Below, piece by piece: positions 16,351 to 26,258 of a DNA stretch of 53,951 nt. The notes beneath the pieces were generated by a model. The model was not told the origin of the DNA. It made no database searches and was given only the letters and a program-made list of their open reading frames with translations. The DNA lies in the IMG/VR virus record IMGVR_UViG_2228664021_000103, positions 1-53,951 of that record; one strand, 5' to 3'. The stretch's first letter is position 1. The number at the start of each line of letters is the position of its first letter. The DNA comes from a virus (taxonomy: Duplodnaviria > Caudoviricetes). The position numbers and the translations under genes are program-made.

Positions 16351-17193
16351 TTAGGTGGCGGGCTTTACGATGGCATCCCTGGATGCGGCACCATTCTGCG
16401 CAGCCGTGGGTACTGCGGCGATAACGTGAGCCGCGGCTGCGTCTACATCCGCCTTGGTGGCTGATGTGGATGGGGCCGCGGCGCCCAGAGCCTGCCGAAT
16501 GATAGCAACCTGCTGCGCCTTCCACTCCGCATTCTCGGCTTTAAGGAATACCTGTTGCGCAATGTAGTCATCGCGATTGAGCCTGACCGGCGCAGTACCC
16601 TGCGGATCGATGCCGCTATATTGACGGCCCCACCGCCTGGCAACATTGATATCAAGCGTGACCTTGTAGCCGCCCTCAATCTCGCGCCCGCCGATCATCC
16701 ACTCATCGCCGTTCGTGGATCTCATGTAAAACTGTATCTGTGACATTCTTCCGATCTCTTTCTCTGGGGTTATGACGACTCCACCTTCGCCTGCCGTCGT
16801 TGTAAGGTATGGTTCTGGGTCAATTCTAGTGCCATTCACCCATAGTTCAAAGTGCAGGTGCTTCCCGATGGCAAGGGTTCCGGTTTCCCCAATGATCCCG
16901 ATGAGCTGGCCTTTGGCAACCCTGTCACCGGCCTTAACGAGGACTTTTGCTTGATGGGCATAAGCCGTTTTATAGGATCCGTGATTGATGACTGTATAGT
17001 TACCCATGGTGGAGGTTCGGACAACGGATTCTACCGTCCCCGCATTGGCGGCAACGATGTTCAGGCTGGCCACACCCTGCTGATTGGTGAATCTGAAATC
17101 GAGGCCATTGTGGAACGTCAGCGGAGGCCGGGGGCCAAAATGTCCCAGCGGCGGGATTGGGTTACCAGAGGGTCTAAATAGGACTATGGCCAT
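16351..17193 (-). CDS. endolysin, M23 peptidase
   Basis: HNGLD (HxxxD), YAH, GETG, HLHFE, IDP motifs. Confidence 0.9.
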   Translation of the reverse strand: MAIVLFRPSGNPIPPLGHFGPRPPLTFHNGLDFRFTNQQGVASLNIVAANAGTVESVVRTSTMGNYTVINHGSYKTAYAHQAKVLVKAGDRVAKGQLIGIIGETGTLAIGKHLHFELWVNGTRIDPEPYLTTTAGEGGVVITPEKEIGRMSQIQFYMRSTNGDEWMIGGREIEGGYKVTLDINVARRWGRQYSGIDPQGTAPVRLNRDDYIAQQVFLKAENAEWKAQQVAIIRQALGAAAPSTSATKADVDAAAAHVIAAVPTAAQNGAASRDAIVKPAT

Positions 17194-17864
17194 TAGGCGG
17201 CATCTCCCAGCCTGACAACCTGGAACTGAGTAGCGTAGCCACCACCGACAGGAATCGCCGTAGTCACGTTTGCGAATGCCTTAGCGGACACCACATCGCC
17301 CGAGACTAGTGCAACCGATACGGATGGGTTGTGCGTGAAAAGCGTTGCCGTGGTTACTACGGACCCGGCAATGGATGAGCCGTTCCTATGTATTTGGACA
17401 GCCTTCGATCCGCTTGTCGTTGCGTTAAATGACACGGATGCTTGGATCTGATACAGACCATCAAGGCCGATTGTTACATCACCCGTAGCCAGGTTAAATG
17501 TGATTGGCCCCTGCACAACGGGGGTAGTCCCCGCAAACGTGAGGTTGGAGAACGAAGCACCAATGTTCTGAGTTGTCGTCGTGCTGGCAATTACCAGGGT
17601 CGGAGTAATGTCCGCAGCCCGAATAAACCTATCCCAAGACCCATCCGTAAGGACGTAGAGATTGTCGTCGTCCTCTTGATAACCGAAATCGCCATCAATG
17701 GCACCGACCTGATTCTCTCGATCAGTAGCTGTGGGCCAACGGTAATTGTGAAGCTCGCGCTCACCGATCAGTTCGTCAACACTATCGGCCTCAGCAAGTC
17801 CAGCGATCGCCCCAGGGTCCCCGCCATCTCGTGCGACAACGCCATTCGGTAGAACAGTAGCCAT
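17193..17864 (-). CDS. minor tail / receptor-binding-like protein
   Basis: beta-rich C-terminus with DGLYQIQASV and LVSGDVV (C1q/TNF-like pattern); end of tail module. Confidence 0.6.
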   Translation of the reverse strand: MATVLPNGVVARDGGDPGAIAGLAEADSVDELIGERELHNYRWPTATDRENQVGAIDGDFGYQEDDDNLYVLTDGSWDRFIRAADITPTLVIASTTTTQNIGASFSNLTFAGTTPVVQGPITFNLATGDVTIGLDGLYQIQASVSFNATTSGSKAVQIHRNGSSIAGSVVTTATLFTHNPSVSVALVSGDVVSAKAFANVTTAIPVGGGYATQFQVVRLGDAA

Positions 17865-17980
17865 TATTTCCCTCCCTTGAGGATGCGTATCTCTCGCTGA
17901 GCGTTCAGCAATTCAGCGATCAACTGATCCATAAACTGTTGATCGCTACCCGTGTAGACAATTCCATTTATTGTAGCCAT
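17864..17980 (-). CDS. 38-aa coiled-coil protein
   Basis: MATINGIVYTGSDQQFMDQLIAELLNAQREIRILKGGK; TAATG coupling to next gene. Confidence 0.55.
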   Translation of the reverse strand: MATINGIVYTGSDQQFMDQLIAELLNAQREIRILKGGK

Positions 17981-17991
17981 GTTATTCAATT

Positions 17992-20658
17992 CTATCTTAG
18001 TGGCTTTACCTGAACGTCCCGAACGTCGAATCCGGATCCGGACCAGTAGCTGTCAAAGTTGGCCACAGTTTGTCCCGACCAGCGAGCGTCGATATCCTGA
18101 ACCTTGGTGTAATACGAGGCCGTGATGGATAGTCCGATTTTGGTAAGAGTCGCAGAATCGATTCTCCAGATGCAATCTCGGTACTCGAAAAGTGAACCTT
18201 CGGTGAGGCCGAGACCGGCACAATCCTTCGCCGCCAGCGAGAAGCTGATCGAGCGGGTCGGACCGCCCGCCTTGATTGCAGCCCAGCGACCGCGATCATA
18301 AGCCTGCGCACGAGTGATGATGAACTCAGTGTCGATACTCTGACCGTCGCCGCGTGGAGTAGCATTCGGGGTGGATCCCGTGTAAAGCCTAGCCTCACGC
18401 GGATCCTGCATTACGCCAGAGCCGATTATTTTCAGAGCTGGTATTTCCGCGCCAAGATCGGTGGTGTATGAAAGCGAGTATGGTGCGGTGTAGCCCGAGA
18501 GTTCCTGTGGTCCACGGATGGAAAGGATGATCGTATTTGGGGCATCGGCAGCAATGCTCACAAGAACCTGACCGCCAGCCGCGGAGAAGGTTGTCGTCGG
18601 AATAATCTTCCCATCGGAGTCGGAAACGATGAATTCGCCGTCCTCGACCGGCAAAGAGGTTGTCTGTCTGGGCGGGACCACGGACACCAGGGAATGTGGG
18701 ATCTGGATCAGTGACGTAAGCCTATCGTGGGGATTGAACGTAATGATGTTATCGTCACTTGATGCATCATAGACGACACTAGTCCCGCTGACAGAATTGG
18801 TGTATCCAACAGTAATGAACTCAGCATTGCCCTGAAGGGATACAGAGTCGCTGATTGGAGTTCTGTCCGCGATCCCCTGCGTGCGCGTTCCTACGTCCCT
18901 GACAACCACAGCACCTGCAACTGTAGTGACCTCTACGTTCCACGCAGAAGCGAGCTCGTTGACCTTGGTCCAGGAATTCGCTTCCCATCCGGCGAAAGCA
19001 ACTTCCGGATTGGTCGAGGCTGAATATGTCACGGTGATACTGGGGTCGATCAGGCCGATATAGTACCTGAAAGCGCGCTCCAGGGTAAGCGTCAACCATG
19101 GATACCTTTCCACCAGACCGCTCTGCATCGGATTAGCTGCAAGGGATCCCATGGATCCGTAGACTACGTTCGTAGCCCTGTTGACTGCAAAGAATCTGTG
19201 TTCAACCGGCTGATCCGGCGTAGACGACCCCGAATACCAGCGATCAATCGCGGCTGCCACTTTGACCCGAGTAGAGATAGACGCCCCGGCAGTGCCCTGC
19301 CAATCGTAGCTATAGGTTGAGGTGTTCGGAGTGTCGCCATTGAAATCAGAGACAGATGCTCCGATGGAAACAGAGAGATCATCGAAGTCGAATGTTCGCC
19401 CCGCAGCGGCGACACCGATACCGAGGACGCCAGATGGGCGAATGGACGCGATGCCAGCGGTGACGGTATATGTGTAGGAGATGAAGCCCCATACGTTCGC
19501 TGCCAGCGCCACAGATGTTCCAGTGACATTGGCCTCAGTACCTGTCCCATCGGCACCCGTGAAGGAGCGCACGCCGATCTGGACCGTCACTGCGGCGGAT
19601 GGCCTGACCCAGGCTCCGACAGTGTATTGTCTACCAACCGAGACATTGACCGCTGGTCCCAATCTTAGGATCGACGCGGTGGTATTAGCTGCCGACGTTG
19701 CGGCCCTCCAGAAGGCGGTTCCAGAATGACCGCCAGAGGTCTGCCTGGTCACGGTGAAGGTGTTACCCGTTCCCTGGGCCGCGACATCGTAGCCGGTAGC
19801 GTCTATCTCCAGACCCGGATTTGTGTGCAGGTTCACTAGAGTTTCTACGGGGCCATATTTGATGGCGTAGCGATCTCCTGAGAACTTAGTCCACAGGTTC
19901 CCCGTATTATCGAAGTCCAGGGAGAGGAATCCACCCTTGACGAACTCGCTACCAGAGGTGGCTGCGGTAAGCGACCATACCGATGTGCTACCCGCTGCTG
20001 TAGTTACGGCGTTCTTGGCGGCAACCCGAACATAAAGCTGTCCGACTGTGACCGGGATCGATACCGTGCGGGCCGTACTAGTCAGGGTGGTGGCTGAGGT
20101 GAACCCAGGATTATCTGCATACTGGATGGAATATCCAGTGACCGAAGAGCCCCCATTACTTGCAGGCGCGTTCCACGTTGCGGTGACCGTCGCACCTGAT
20201 GGGGTGAGGGCAAGTCCCGTTGGGGCTGACGGTGCTTCGATCCAGCGATATCCACCACCCAGAGTCCCGCTGAATGTGGTTGTTCCGTCGAAGGTGTTAC
20301 TGCCGGAGCCGCCGCGGCCAAATCGCGTACCAAGGGAGTTGGTGAGGATCTTAAACTGAGCAGTCCCACCAGAGACAAGCCAGTTGCTTGAGGTGGTCCA
20401 TCCGGTGTTCGTCGCGGTGGCCGAGTTTGCTACGGAAAACTGCCCGGTCTGCGAGGATCCAAGCTTCAGTGCAATGTTGTGCGATGACCCCGTAGACGAG
20501 TTGGCGTAGCCATACAGGGCTATAATCATGGCCCGCTTGGTGCCATCCGCCATAACCCGTCCGACAGGAAGGGCTATGTTGTTGGACCAGATTCCGGAAA
20601 CGGAAGCTGAGAATGCAGTAAGAGAGGTCGCTCCCCCGAAGTTTACATCGCCAGACAT
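17992..20658 (-). CDS. minor tail protein with fibronectin type III and carbohydrate-binding-like domains
   Basis: APSAPTGL...TWNAPASNGGSSVTGYSIQY...YVRVAAKNA (FN3); NPGLE...GRQYTVGAWVR...FDFDDLS (CBM4/9-like). Confidence 0.8.
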   Translation of the reverse strand: MSGDVNFGGATSLTAFSASVSGIWSNNIALPVGRVMADGTKRAMIIALYGYANSSTGSSHNIALKLGSSQTGQFSVANSATATNTGWTTSSNWLVSGGTAQFKILTNSLGTRFGRGGSGSNTFDGTTTFSGTLGGGYRWIEAPSAPTGLALTPSGATVTATWNAPASNGGSSVTGYSIQYADNPGFTSATTLTSTARTVSIPVTVGQLYVRVAAKNAVTTAAGSTSVWSLTAATSGSEFVKGGFLSLDFDNTGNLWTKFSGDRYAIKYGPVETLVNLHTNPGLEIDATGYDVAAQGTGNTFTVTRQTSGGHSGTAFWRAATSAANTTASILRLGPAVNVSVGRQYTVGAWVRPSAAVTVQIGVRSFTGADGTGTEANVTGTSVALAANVWGFISYTYTVTAGIASIRPSGVLGIGVAAAGRTFDFDDLSVSIGASVSDFNGDTPNTSTYSYDWQGTAGASISTRVKVAAAIDRWYSGSSTPDQPVEHRFFAVNRATNVVYGSMGSLAANPMQSGLVERYPWLTLTLERAFRYYIGLIDPSITVTYSASTNPEVAFAGWEANSWTKVNELASAWNVEVTTVAGAVVVRDVGTRTQGIADRTPISDSVSLQGNAEFITVGYTNSVSGTSVVYDASSDDNIITFNPHDRLTSLIQIPHSLVSVVPPRQTTSLPVEDGEFIVSDSDGKIIPTTTFSAAGGQVLVSIAADAPNTIILSIRGPQELSGYTAPYSLSYTTDLGAEIPALKIIGSGVMQDPREARLYTGSTPNATPRGDGQSIDTEFIITRAQAYDRGRWAAIKAGGPTRSISFSLAAKDCAGLGLTEGSLFEYRDCIWRIDSATLTKIGLSITASYYTKVQDIDARWSGQTVANFDSYWSGSGFDVRDVQVKPLR

Positions 20659-21617
20659 TAGCTCACCTGCCCATGCAGACTATCGTAGTCGATCTGCCCA
20701 ATGCGTGTTAGCTGGGGCGTGAAGATTACCACCTGAGCGGTCCCGGTCTCGGGTGCATCCGACTGGGTTCCGACATAGAGCATCTTGTCCACCGGGTTGA
20801 AGCGCATGGACATGGGAAACTCGCCGGGGTTCATGAACTGAAAATCCCCACCCGTCGTCCCACTCGGATTGTAACTGGCGATAGACGGAACAGTACCGGC
20901 AGAATACCCGACATAGAGTTTCTGCGATACGGGATCTACGGTTAGCGAAAGCGGGAATCCATCATTCACGCCCCAGAGGAACGTGTTAGTAACGCTGAAC
21001 TTTTTGATAGTCGATGCTACGCCGACACACAGAACGTATACCGAGCCATCAACCTCGTCCACTGCCATTTGGATATTGGGGCCGTCAATAATGCCCGCGC
21101 CGGACGAAGCGCCGATACTACCCACCAGGTTGAAGCTAGTATCGAACGCGAGTATAACCGTCGAGTTAGTGCCTGGACCGGTAACAATGTATCCAGCGAC
21201 ATAGATGATCCCGCGAGTACTGTCCACGGCGACTCCATAATTGTCGCCCAGTTGAGCTCTAGTGAGGAAGGTATTCGCGACGGTATCAACCCAAAGGGGA
21301 TCCGCCCTCACATCGATGGCAAGGCGGGAGAGGAGGGTGTCTGAATTCAGTGTTGTACTAGCGGGTGAATCGTTGCTAACCTCCTGGACCACCCCGCCTA
21401 CGGTTCCGGCATCTGGGGTGGCCAGGACCAGGCTATTACCGATAGTGAAAGCAGAGTCGTCGTCCTGACCATTGTTCCGCCTCGCGGTAACCGTTATCTT
21501 CCCACCGGAGACTGCTGGATCCCCAATGGCTATCGGCGTTACGGCCTGCTGGACGCTCCAATTATCGATATCGCCAACAGATCCAGATCCGGTAAGAGTG
21601 AGCTTTGCCTCAGACAT
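20658..21617 (-). CDS. minor tail protein with NHL/beta-propeller repeats
   Basis: repeats GVAVDSTRGIIYVA, MAVDEVDGSVYV, LTVDPVSQKLYVG, MRFNPVDKMLYVG. Confidence 0.75.
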   Translation of the reverse strand: MSEAKLTLTGSGSVGDIDNWSVQQAVTPIAIGDPAVSGGKITVTARRNNGQDDDSAFTIGNSLVLATPDAGTVGGVVQEVSNDSPASTTLNSDTLLSRLAIDVRADPLWVDTVANTFLTRAQLGDNYGVAVDSTRGIIYVAGYIVTGPGTNSTVILAFDTSFNLVGSIGASSGAGIIDGPNIQMAVDEVDGSVYVLCVGVASTIKKFSVTNTFLWGVNDGFPLSLTVDPVSQKLYVGYSAGTVPSIASYNPSGTTGGDFQFMNPGEFPMSMRFNPVDKMLYVGTQSDAPETGTAQVVIFTPQLTRIGQIDYDSLHGQVS

Positions 21618-22506
21618 ACTCACCGAGCCCGGAGGGTTCAACCTCAACCAGCTCGGCGCTCATACCGGTCATGTGGCGATCCACCATGACGTAGGTTTCG
21701 GCAATGGCCTTTCCGCGGAACCGAAGGCCCATGGATCCCTTCCCTGGAATGTGCCGAGTGATTGAGGCGGGCTGGGTGTCGGGAAGAATCTGTGCCCAGA
21801 TGGAATTCAGGGTAATAGTCGAGGCCACAACTGATGTGCGGGTTACGTACAGCGTTGCTGAGGAGTTGGTGTTGCCGACCAGGCTATTAGTGAATGCCGG
21901 AATGGCCGTTGTCGCACTCAATGTAACATTCTGGGCCGCAGAAACGTTTCCCTTGAGTTGCAGCACCGCAGTACCCGTTGCGACACCCGAAGCCCCGACA
22001 CGCAGCGTATATCCCGGCGGGATCAGGAACGTGAAGGCGTACCCCGTAGCGGGAGGGGTGTTGATGGGCGTTGTGATGTTGAAGAGCGAAGAATATCGAG
22101 GCTTCCCATACACAGATGGCGTCGTGGGAAAACTATCGACAAATGATGGATCCGTAGGAGAGATGATGTTCTTCCACCCCTCGCGCAACAGGCCGGGTGA
22201 TGCCCATGACGGATTGAGAATGTTCTGATCCGATTGCATAGGATCTACGAACCTGAGATATCCGTCCCCATGCTCGCGTGCGGCGAACCGATTGAACGCC
22301 TCAATACCGTTGTAGTCAGACGCATCAGAGACCGGAAAGTCCATGGAATACTCGGCATGGAACCCGGCAGATTCCTCTATCCAGACCCCAGCATTCTCGA
22401 AGTTGATTTCATCAGAGAACCCCACGAGGTCACGCTTCATCCCAGTGGATGGGCATGGTACCCACTGCGCGAACTGTGCGGTTCCGAACCACATCTTCTT
22501 ACCCAT
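21610..22506 (-). CDS. minor tail protein (distal-tail position)
   Basis: immediately downstream of tape measure; ends in ELVEV. Confidence 0.7.
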   Translation of the reverse strand: MGKKMWFGTAQFAQWVPCPSTGMKRDLVGFSDEINFENAGVWIEESAGFHAEYSMDFPVSDASDYNGIEAFNRFAAREHGDGYLRFVDPMQSDQNILNPSWASPGLLREGWKNIISPTDPSFVDSFPTTPSVYGKPRYSSLFNITTPINTPPATGYAFTFLIPPGYTLRVGASGVATGTAVLQLKGNVSAAQNVTLSATTAIPAFTNSLVGNTNSSATLYVTRTSVVASTITLNSIWAQILPDTQPASITRHIPGKGSMGLRFRGKAIAETYVMVDRHMTGMSAELVEVEPSGLGEYV

Positions 22507-25500
22507 TACTGCGCCCCACTGTACGAGAGTTGTTTTTGGCCTCGCGCTGCCGCTCTTGCTATGGCCACATCATCAAGGATGACCGTAACCTGCGGAGCAC
22601 CACCACCCAGCCGTCCGAGTGATCTTGGCCCAAGTTCCATAATACCAGTACCTACCGCTGAGGATCCGGAGCGGGAGCCGACCGGGCCTCCATTTGCGAA
22701 TCGGGCGACACCACGGTTGAGGGCGTCGAATATCCCCGAACCGTACTTGCGCACGGAGGAGGCGCGGATGACGTATTCACCATTTGACAGGCGTGCATTG
22801 ATACTGTCGCTGGTTCCAGTCCCTGGGCCATAGATCGGACCGCCACTCGCCCTACCCGGACCCAGGATTCCAGAACCCAGTTGCCCCGAACCGGTGGCCC
22901 GGAGATTGATCGTCATCCCGTTCCAGCGGTTGTAGAAGTTGAGGAGAGCCAACTCGGCCTGAGACATGTCTGTACCCACCGGCATGGAGATCGGCTTGTT
23001 GGCGTAAGTCGTATTCCACTTGTCCACGAAGGCTTTCACCGCACCAGGAATCCCAGTCTGGGCCTCTTCTCGCTGGGCCTTTATCAGTCCCTGGACAGCT
23101 CCAATGCCACCCTGTCGATACGCTACGATTAGCGCTGGAACGCTCTTGGTGAATTCTTCGGCAAAGGCATCCGATGCGAGGAATGCTGCGAGTCTAGCCT
23201 GATCCTCCAGCTTATTGAGCTCCCCAGTCGCGCCATCGACTACAAGTTTTGCGGCAGCGGCAGCAAGCGGAGCACCTTCCGGTCCCATCTTGGCAACCTC
23301 AGAAACAAAAGCGGTCATTCCTGCGGCAGAGAGGGTCTTGAGGTCGTCGGCCCATTTACCCTGAGCCTTGATCTGCTTGTCAAGCTCAGCCATGAAGGCC
23401 CTGATGTTGACGCTGGATCCGTCGTAGAATTGCTGCCAGGAGTCGATGGAACCGTAGACTGCCTTGGATGTCTTTTCCGCAAAACCTCGCGTCTGGTCCT
23501 GCACGCGCTGAATCAGGTCGTTGAAGTTTACGAATCCGCCCGAGCCCTTGGCGATACCATCTTTCAGATCACCAAGCTCATCAGCCGTAATGCCGATAGC
23601 CGCGGAAAGCCTATCTGTCGATGCTTGCGCCAGGAGCTGCTGCTTGTCCAGATCGCTCATTGCATCAGCGGCACCAGTCCCCGCTACGGCAGCGTCCTTT
23701 AGGGCGCGGATGGTGTCCGGGAAAGCGGCGTTGAAGCCCTTTTGAGTGCCACCCGCCTTAAACCAGGCTTCACGGACTTCATCAAGCCTGTCCTTTGCTT
23801 CTTTAATATTCCCACTGTTGGCGAGCTGTGCAAACCCCTCGTCAAGTCTCTTGAGATCGCCCGCATCGCCGCTGAAGATATCACCGAGAGCCCTCGCGCG
23901 CCCAATGGTCTCGGGGTCCATGAGTGGACCCATGAACGCCTTGATGCCATCCCTGCCCAGGAATTGCCCAGGGTTGACCGGCTTAAGGAACGACTTCTGC
24001 ACGTCGTCCAGGGCGTGTGAAACTCCACGCATACTGTCGAGTGTGTCACTGGCCCAGTTGCCAACATCGGGGAGGACGAGCGCCAGTCCGATGATACTCA
24101 CGGCCTTAAGGGCTACACCAAGAGCCTTTGCGCCCAACGCAGCACGCCGAGCGGCAACGTCTACTGCTGTTAGCTGTACGACGGCCTTGGGTGCCACCAG
24201 GCCGAGACCCAGGAGCGCCTGACGCATTGCGATGGTGCTTGCTGCGGCCAATGCGAGTCCAGCGGCCAGGAGGGTGAGGACGCCGACTAGCGTGGAGACA
24301 CCAACCGTCCATAGTGCAATCCTCTGCCCGAAATCAGTCTTGAGGAACGCCGTGATGTTTCTTACCGCATCAATAAGGAAGTCAACAAAATCGGAGAACG
24401 GGCCGGATGCACCCTGGCCGAGGACATTGAGAAGTTCGGTAATGTTATTGACAAGGATCTTGAGCCTAGCCGCCGTAGTATTGGCAATAATCCCATACTG
24501 GTTCTGTAGCTGGTTCTGTAGACGCCAGCCCTCTGCGGCATCTGAGAATGCCTTGGCAACAACGTCCCCGGCTCCTGCCATTCGGAGTAGAAGCGGAACA
24601 TCTCGCACAGAGCTGATGCCTAGCTCATTCAGGGCGACAACGGCGTTACCACCACTCTTGTTGATCTTGTCCAGACCACCAAGGAATGACTGGAACACTC
24701 CAGCGAACTTAGACGTGCCGAAAGATGCTGCGAACTCATCAGAGGAAACTCCGGCAATATCCGCGAACCGTTGCAGGTTCTCTCCACCGGCAGCAACCGC
24801 CTTGGAGATGAGCGAGAAGGTCCTCGTAATCGTTCCACGGGAAAGCTCTGGAGCGGCACCGACCGAAGCGAGAGCACCTGCCAGACCGATAACCTGATCT
24901 GCGGTAAGCCCTGCGAAATCACCCATGGAGGAGATTTGAGTGGCGATGTTTACGATCTGCGATTCGGTCGCAACAGAATTGATACCAACGTTGAGGATAG
25001 AAGAAGCGAGGGCTTCAAACTGGTCACCCTTAACGTTGAGCAGAGCCTGGAACCTGCCCAACATCGTTCCAGCGGCTTCGGCAGAAAGATCAGTGGTAGC
25101 CGCAAGTCGTGCGACGACTGAGGTAAAGTCCGTCAGGTCGCCCGATGCGATGCCGAGCTGACCACCCAGTGCGGCAATTTGAGTAATGTCGGCAAAAGTG
25201 GTCGGTATGGTAGTAGAGAGGTCGATCAGCGATTGCTGTAGTTTGGTCGCAGCATCCCCGGACACCTGTGCTGTACGTCTAACGTTAGCAAAATCGCGCT
25301 CGAAGGCTACGGCCACCCCGATTGTGGCAACCGGGATTGCCAGGAGTGCGGCACTGATGATCCCGAGGGTACTTGACACGTCGTAGAGAGCGTATCGAGT
25401 GGTTGAAAGATTCTGTATGGAGCGGGCCGCGCGATCCGTAGCCTTGGCGCTATTGTTAGTTGCCGTCGTCGCTGCGGTTGTAGATTTAGTCGTACCGTTA

Positions 25501-25652
25501 GTAACGCCCTGCATCTTCTGCGCAGCGGTGCCAGCGCTATTGAGCGAACCGACAACATTGCCGAGAGACTGGGACAGTCTATTAGCGTTGGAAATGGCAG
25601 AACTAACGTCCAGTTCAAACCGGACGAGGAATTCCTCGCTATTGCCCGCCAT
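22506..25652 (-). CDS. tape measure protein
   Basis: 1048 aa, Ala/Gly-rich; FERDFANVRRT core; C-terminal GGPIYGPGTGTSDSINARLSNGEYV. Confidence 0.95.
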   Translation of the reverse strand: MAGNSEEFLVRFELDVSSAISNANRLSQSLGNVVGSLNSAGTAAQKMQGVTNGTTKSTTAATTATNNSAKATDRAARSIQNLSTTRYALYDVSSTLGIISAALLAIPVATIGVAVAFERDFANVRRTAQVSGDAATKLQQSLIDLSTTIPTTFADITQIAALGGQLGIASGDLTDFTSVVARLAATTDLSAEAAGTMLGRFQALLNVKGDQFEALASSILNVGINSVATESQIVNIATQISSMGDFAGLTADQVIGLAGALASVGAAPELSRGTITRTFSLISKAVAAGGENLQRFADIAGVSSDEFAASFGTSKFAGVFQSFLGGLDKINKSGGNAVVALNELGISSVRDVPLLLRMAGAGDVVAKAFSDAAEGWRLQNQLQNQYGIIANTTAARLKILVNNITELLNVLGQGASGPFSDFVDFLIDAVRNITAFLKTDFGQRIALWTVGVSTLVGVLTLLAAGLALAAASTIAMRQALLGLGLVAPKAVVQLTAVDVAARRAALGAKALGVALKAVSIIGLALVLPDVGNWASDTLDSMRGVSHALDDVQKSFLKPVNPGQFLGRDGIKAFMGPLMDPETIGRARALGDIFSGDAGDLKRLDEGFAQLANSGNIKEAKDRLDEVREAWFKAGGTQKGFNAAFPDTIRALKDAAVAGTGAADAMSDLDKQQLLAQASTDRLSAAIGITADELGDLKDGIAKGSGGFVNFNDLIQRVQDQTRGFAEKTSKAVYGSIDSWQQFYDGSSVNIRAFMAELDKQIKAQGKWADDLKTLSAAGMTAFVSEVAKMGPEGAPLAAAAAKLVVDGATGELNKLEDQARLAAFLASDAFAEEFTKSVPALIVAYRQGGIGAVQGLIKAQREEAQTGIPGAVKAFVDKWNTTYANKPISMPVGTDMSQAELALLNFYNRWNGMTINLRATGSGQLGSGILGPGRASGGPIYGPGTGTSDSINARLSNGEYVIRASSVRKYGSGIFDALNRGVARFANGGPVGSRSGSSAVGTGIMELGPRSLGRLGGGAPQVTVILDDVAIARAAARGQKQLSYSGAQ

Positions 25653-25719
25653 CTGGCCCTTTACGTTCTAGAGAGATTGTGCTAGTATTCGCACCCCATA
25701 GATGCTACTAACCATTCTA

Positions 25720-26172
25720 CTAGACGTTTTCCAAACCCTCACGGACTGCACGCAGTTGCTGAAGCTCTAGCAACGTGGGCGGGCGGGACCCCATAGCTTC
25801 CGGTGGGCGTAGGTCTGCCTTATTCTCTTCAACATCCCTGATCCACGTCTTAAGCGTAGGCTTATTATCCGGGTCGCGGAATGTCGGAACAGCATAAAGG
25901 GTTTCGCCAGGTTTGAGCTCCTTGCGAGATTCCCTGGCCTTCTCGATGGCCGCAGATGATCCGCTAAATTTAGACTGAACGTCCCAATCAACCTCACCGG
26001 ACGAATCGTAGGGAATGTACTGCCCAGACTCCTTGTCCGTGAAATCGTCAATGATCTGGTACGTATCGGCCAGCACAAAATCCCATTGAGTCCACGCCGT
26101 GTCGGTGGGATCCGGCTTCCACTCTCTATCCCACCATCTACGGTTGAGCGCATATGGATCATGGAGGATCAT
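25720..26172 (-). CDS. tail assembly chaperone, frameshift (GT) extension
   Basis: -1 frame stays open from the upstream gene's stop region (about 26261) into this ORF. Confidence 0.7.
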   Translation of the reverse strand: MILHDPYALNRRWWDREWKPDPTDTAWTQWDFVLADTYQIIDDFTDKESGQYIPYDSSGEVDWDVQSKFSGSSAAIEKARESRKELKPGETLYAVPTFRDPDNKPTLKTWIRDVEENKADLRPPEAMGSRPPTLLELQQLRAVREGLENV

Positions 26173-26258
26173 GGCGGTGGGACGCTGTTTATAGTCCTTC
26201 GCCGCCCTCAGCGCGGAAAGATAAGGCTTCTGGCTATCGCGCCCAACCAGGGCCTCTA

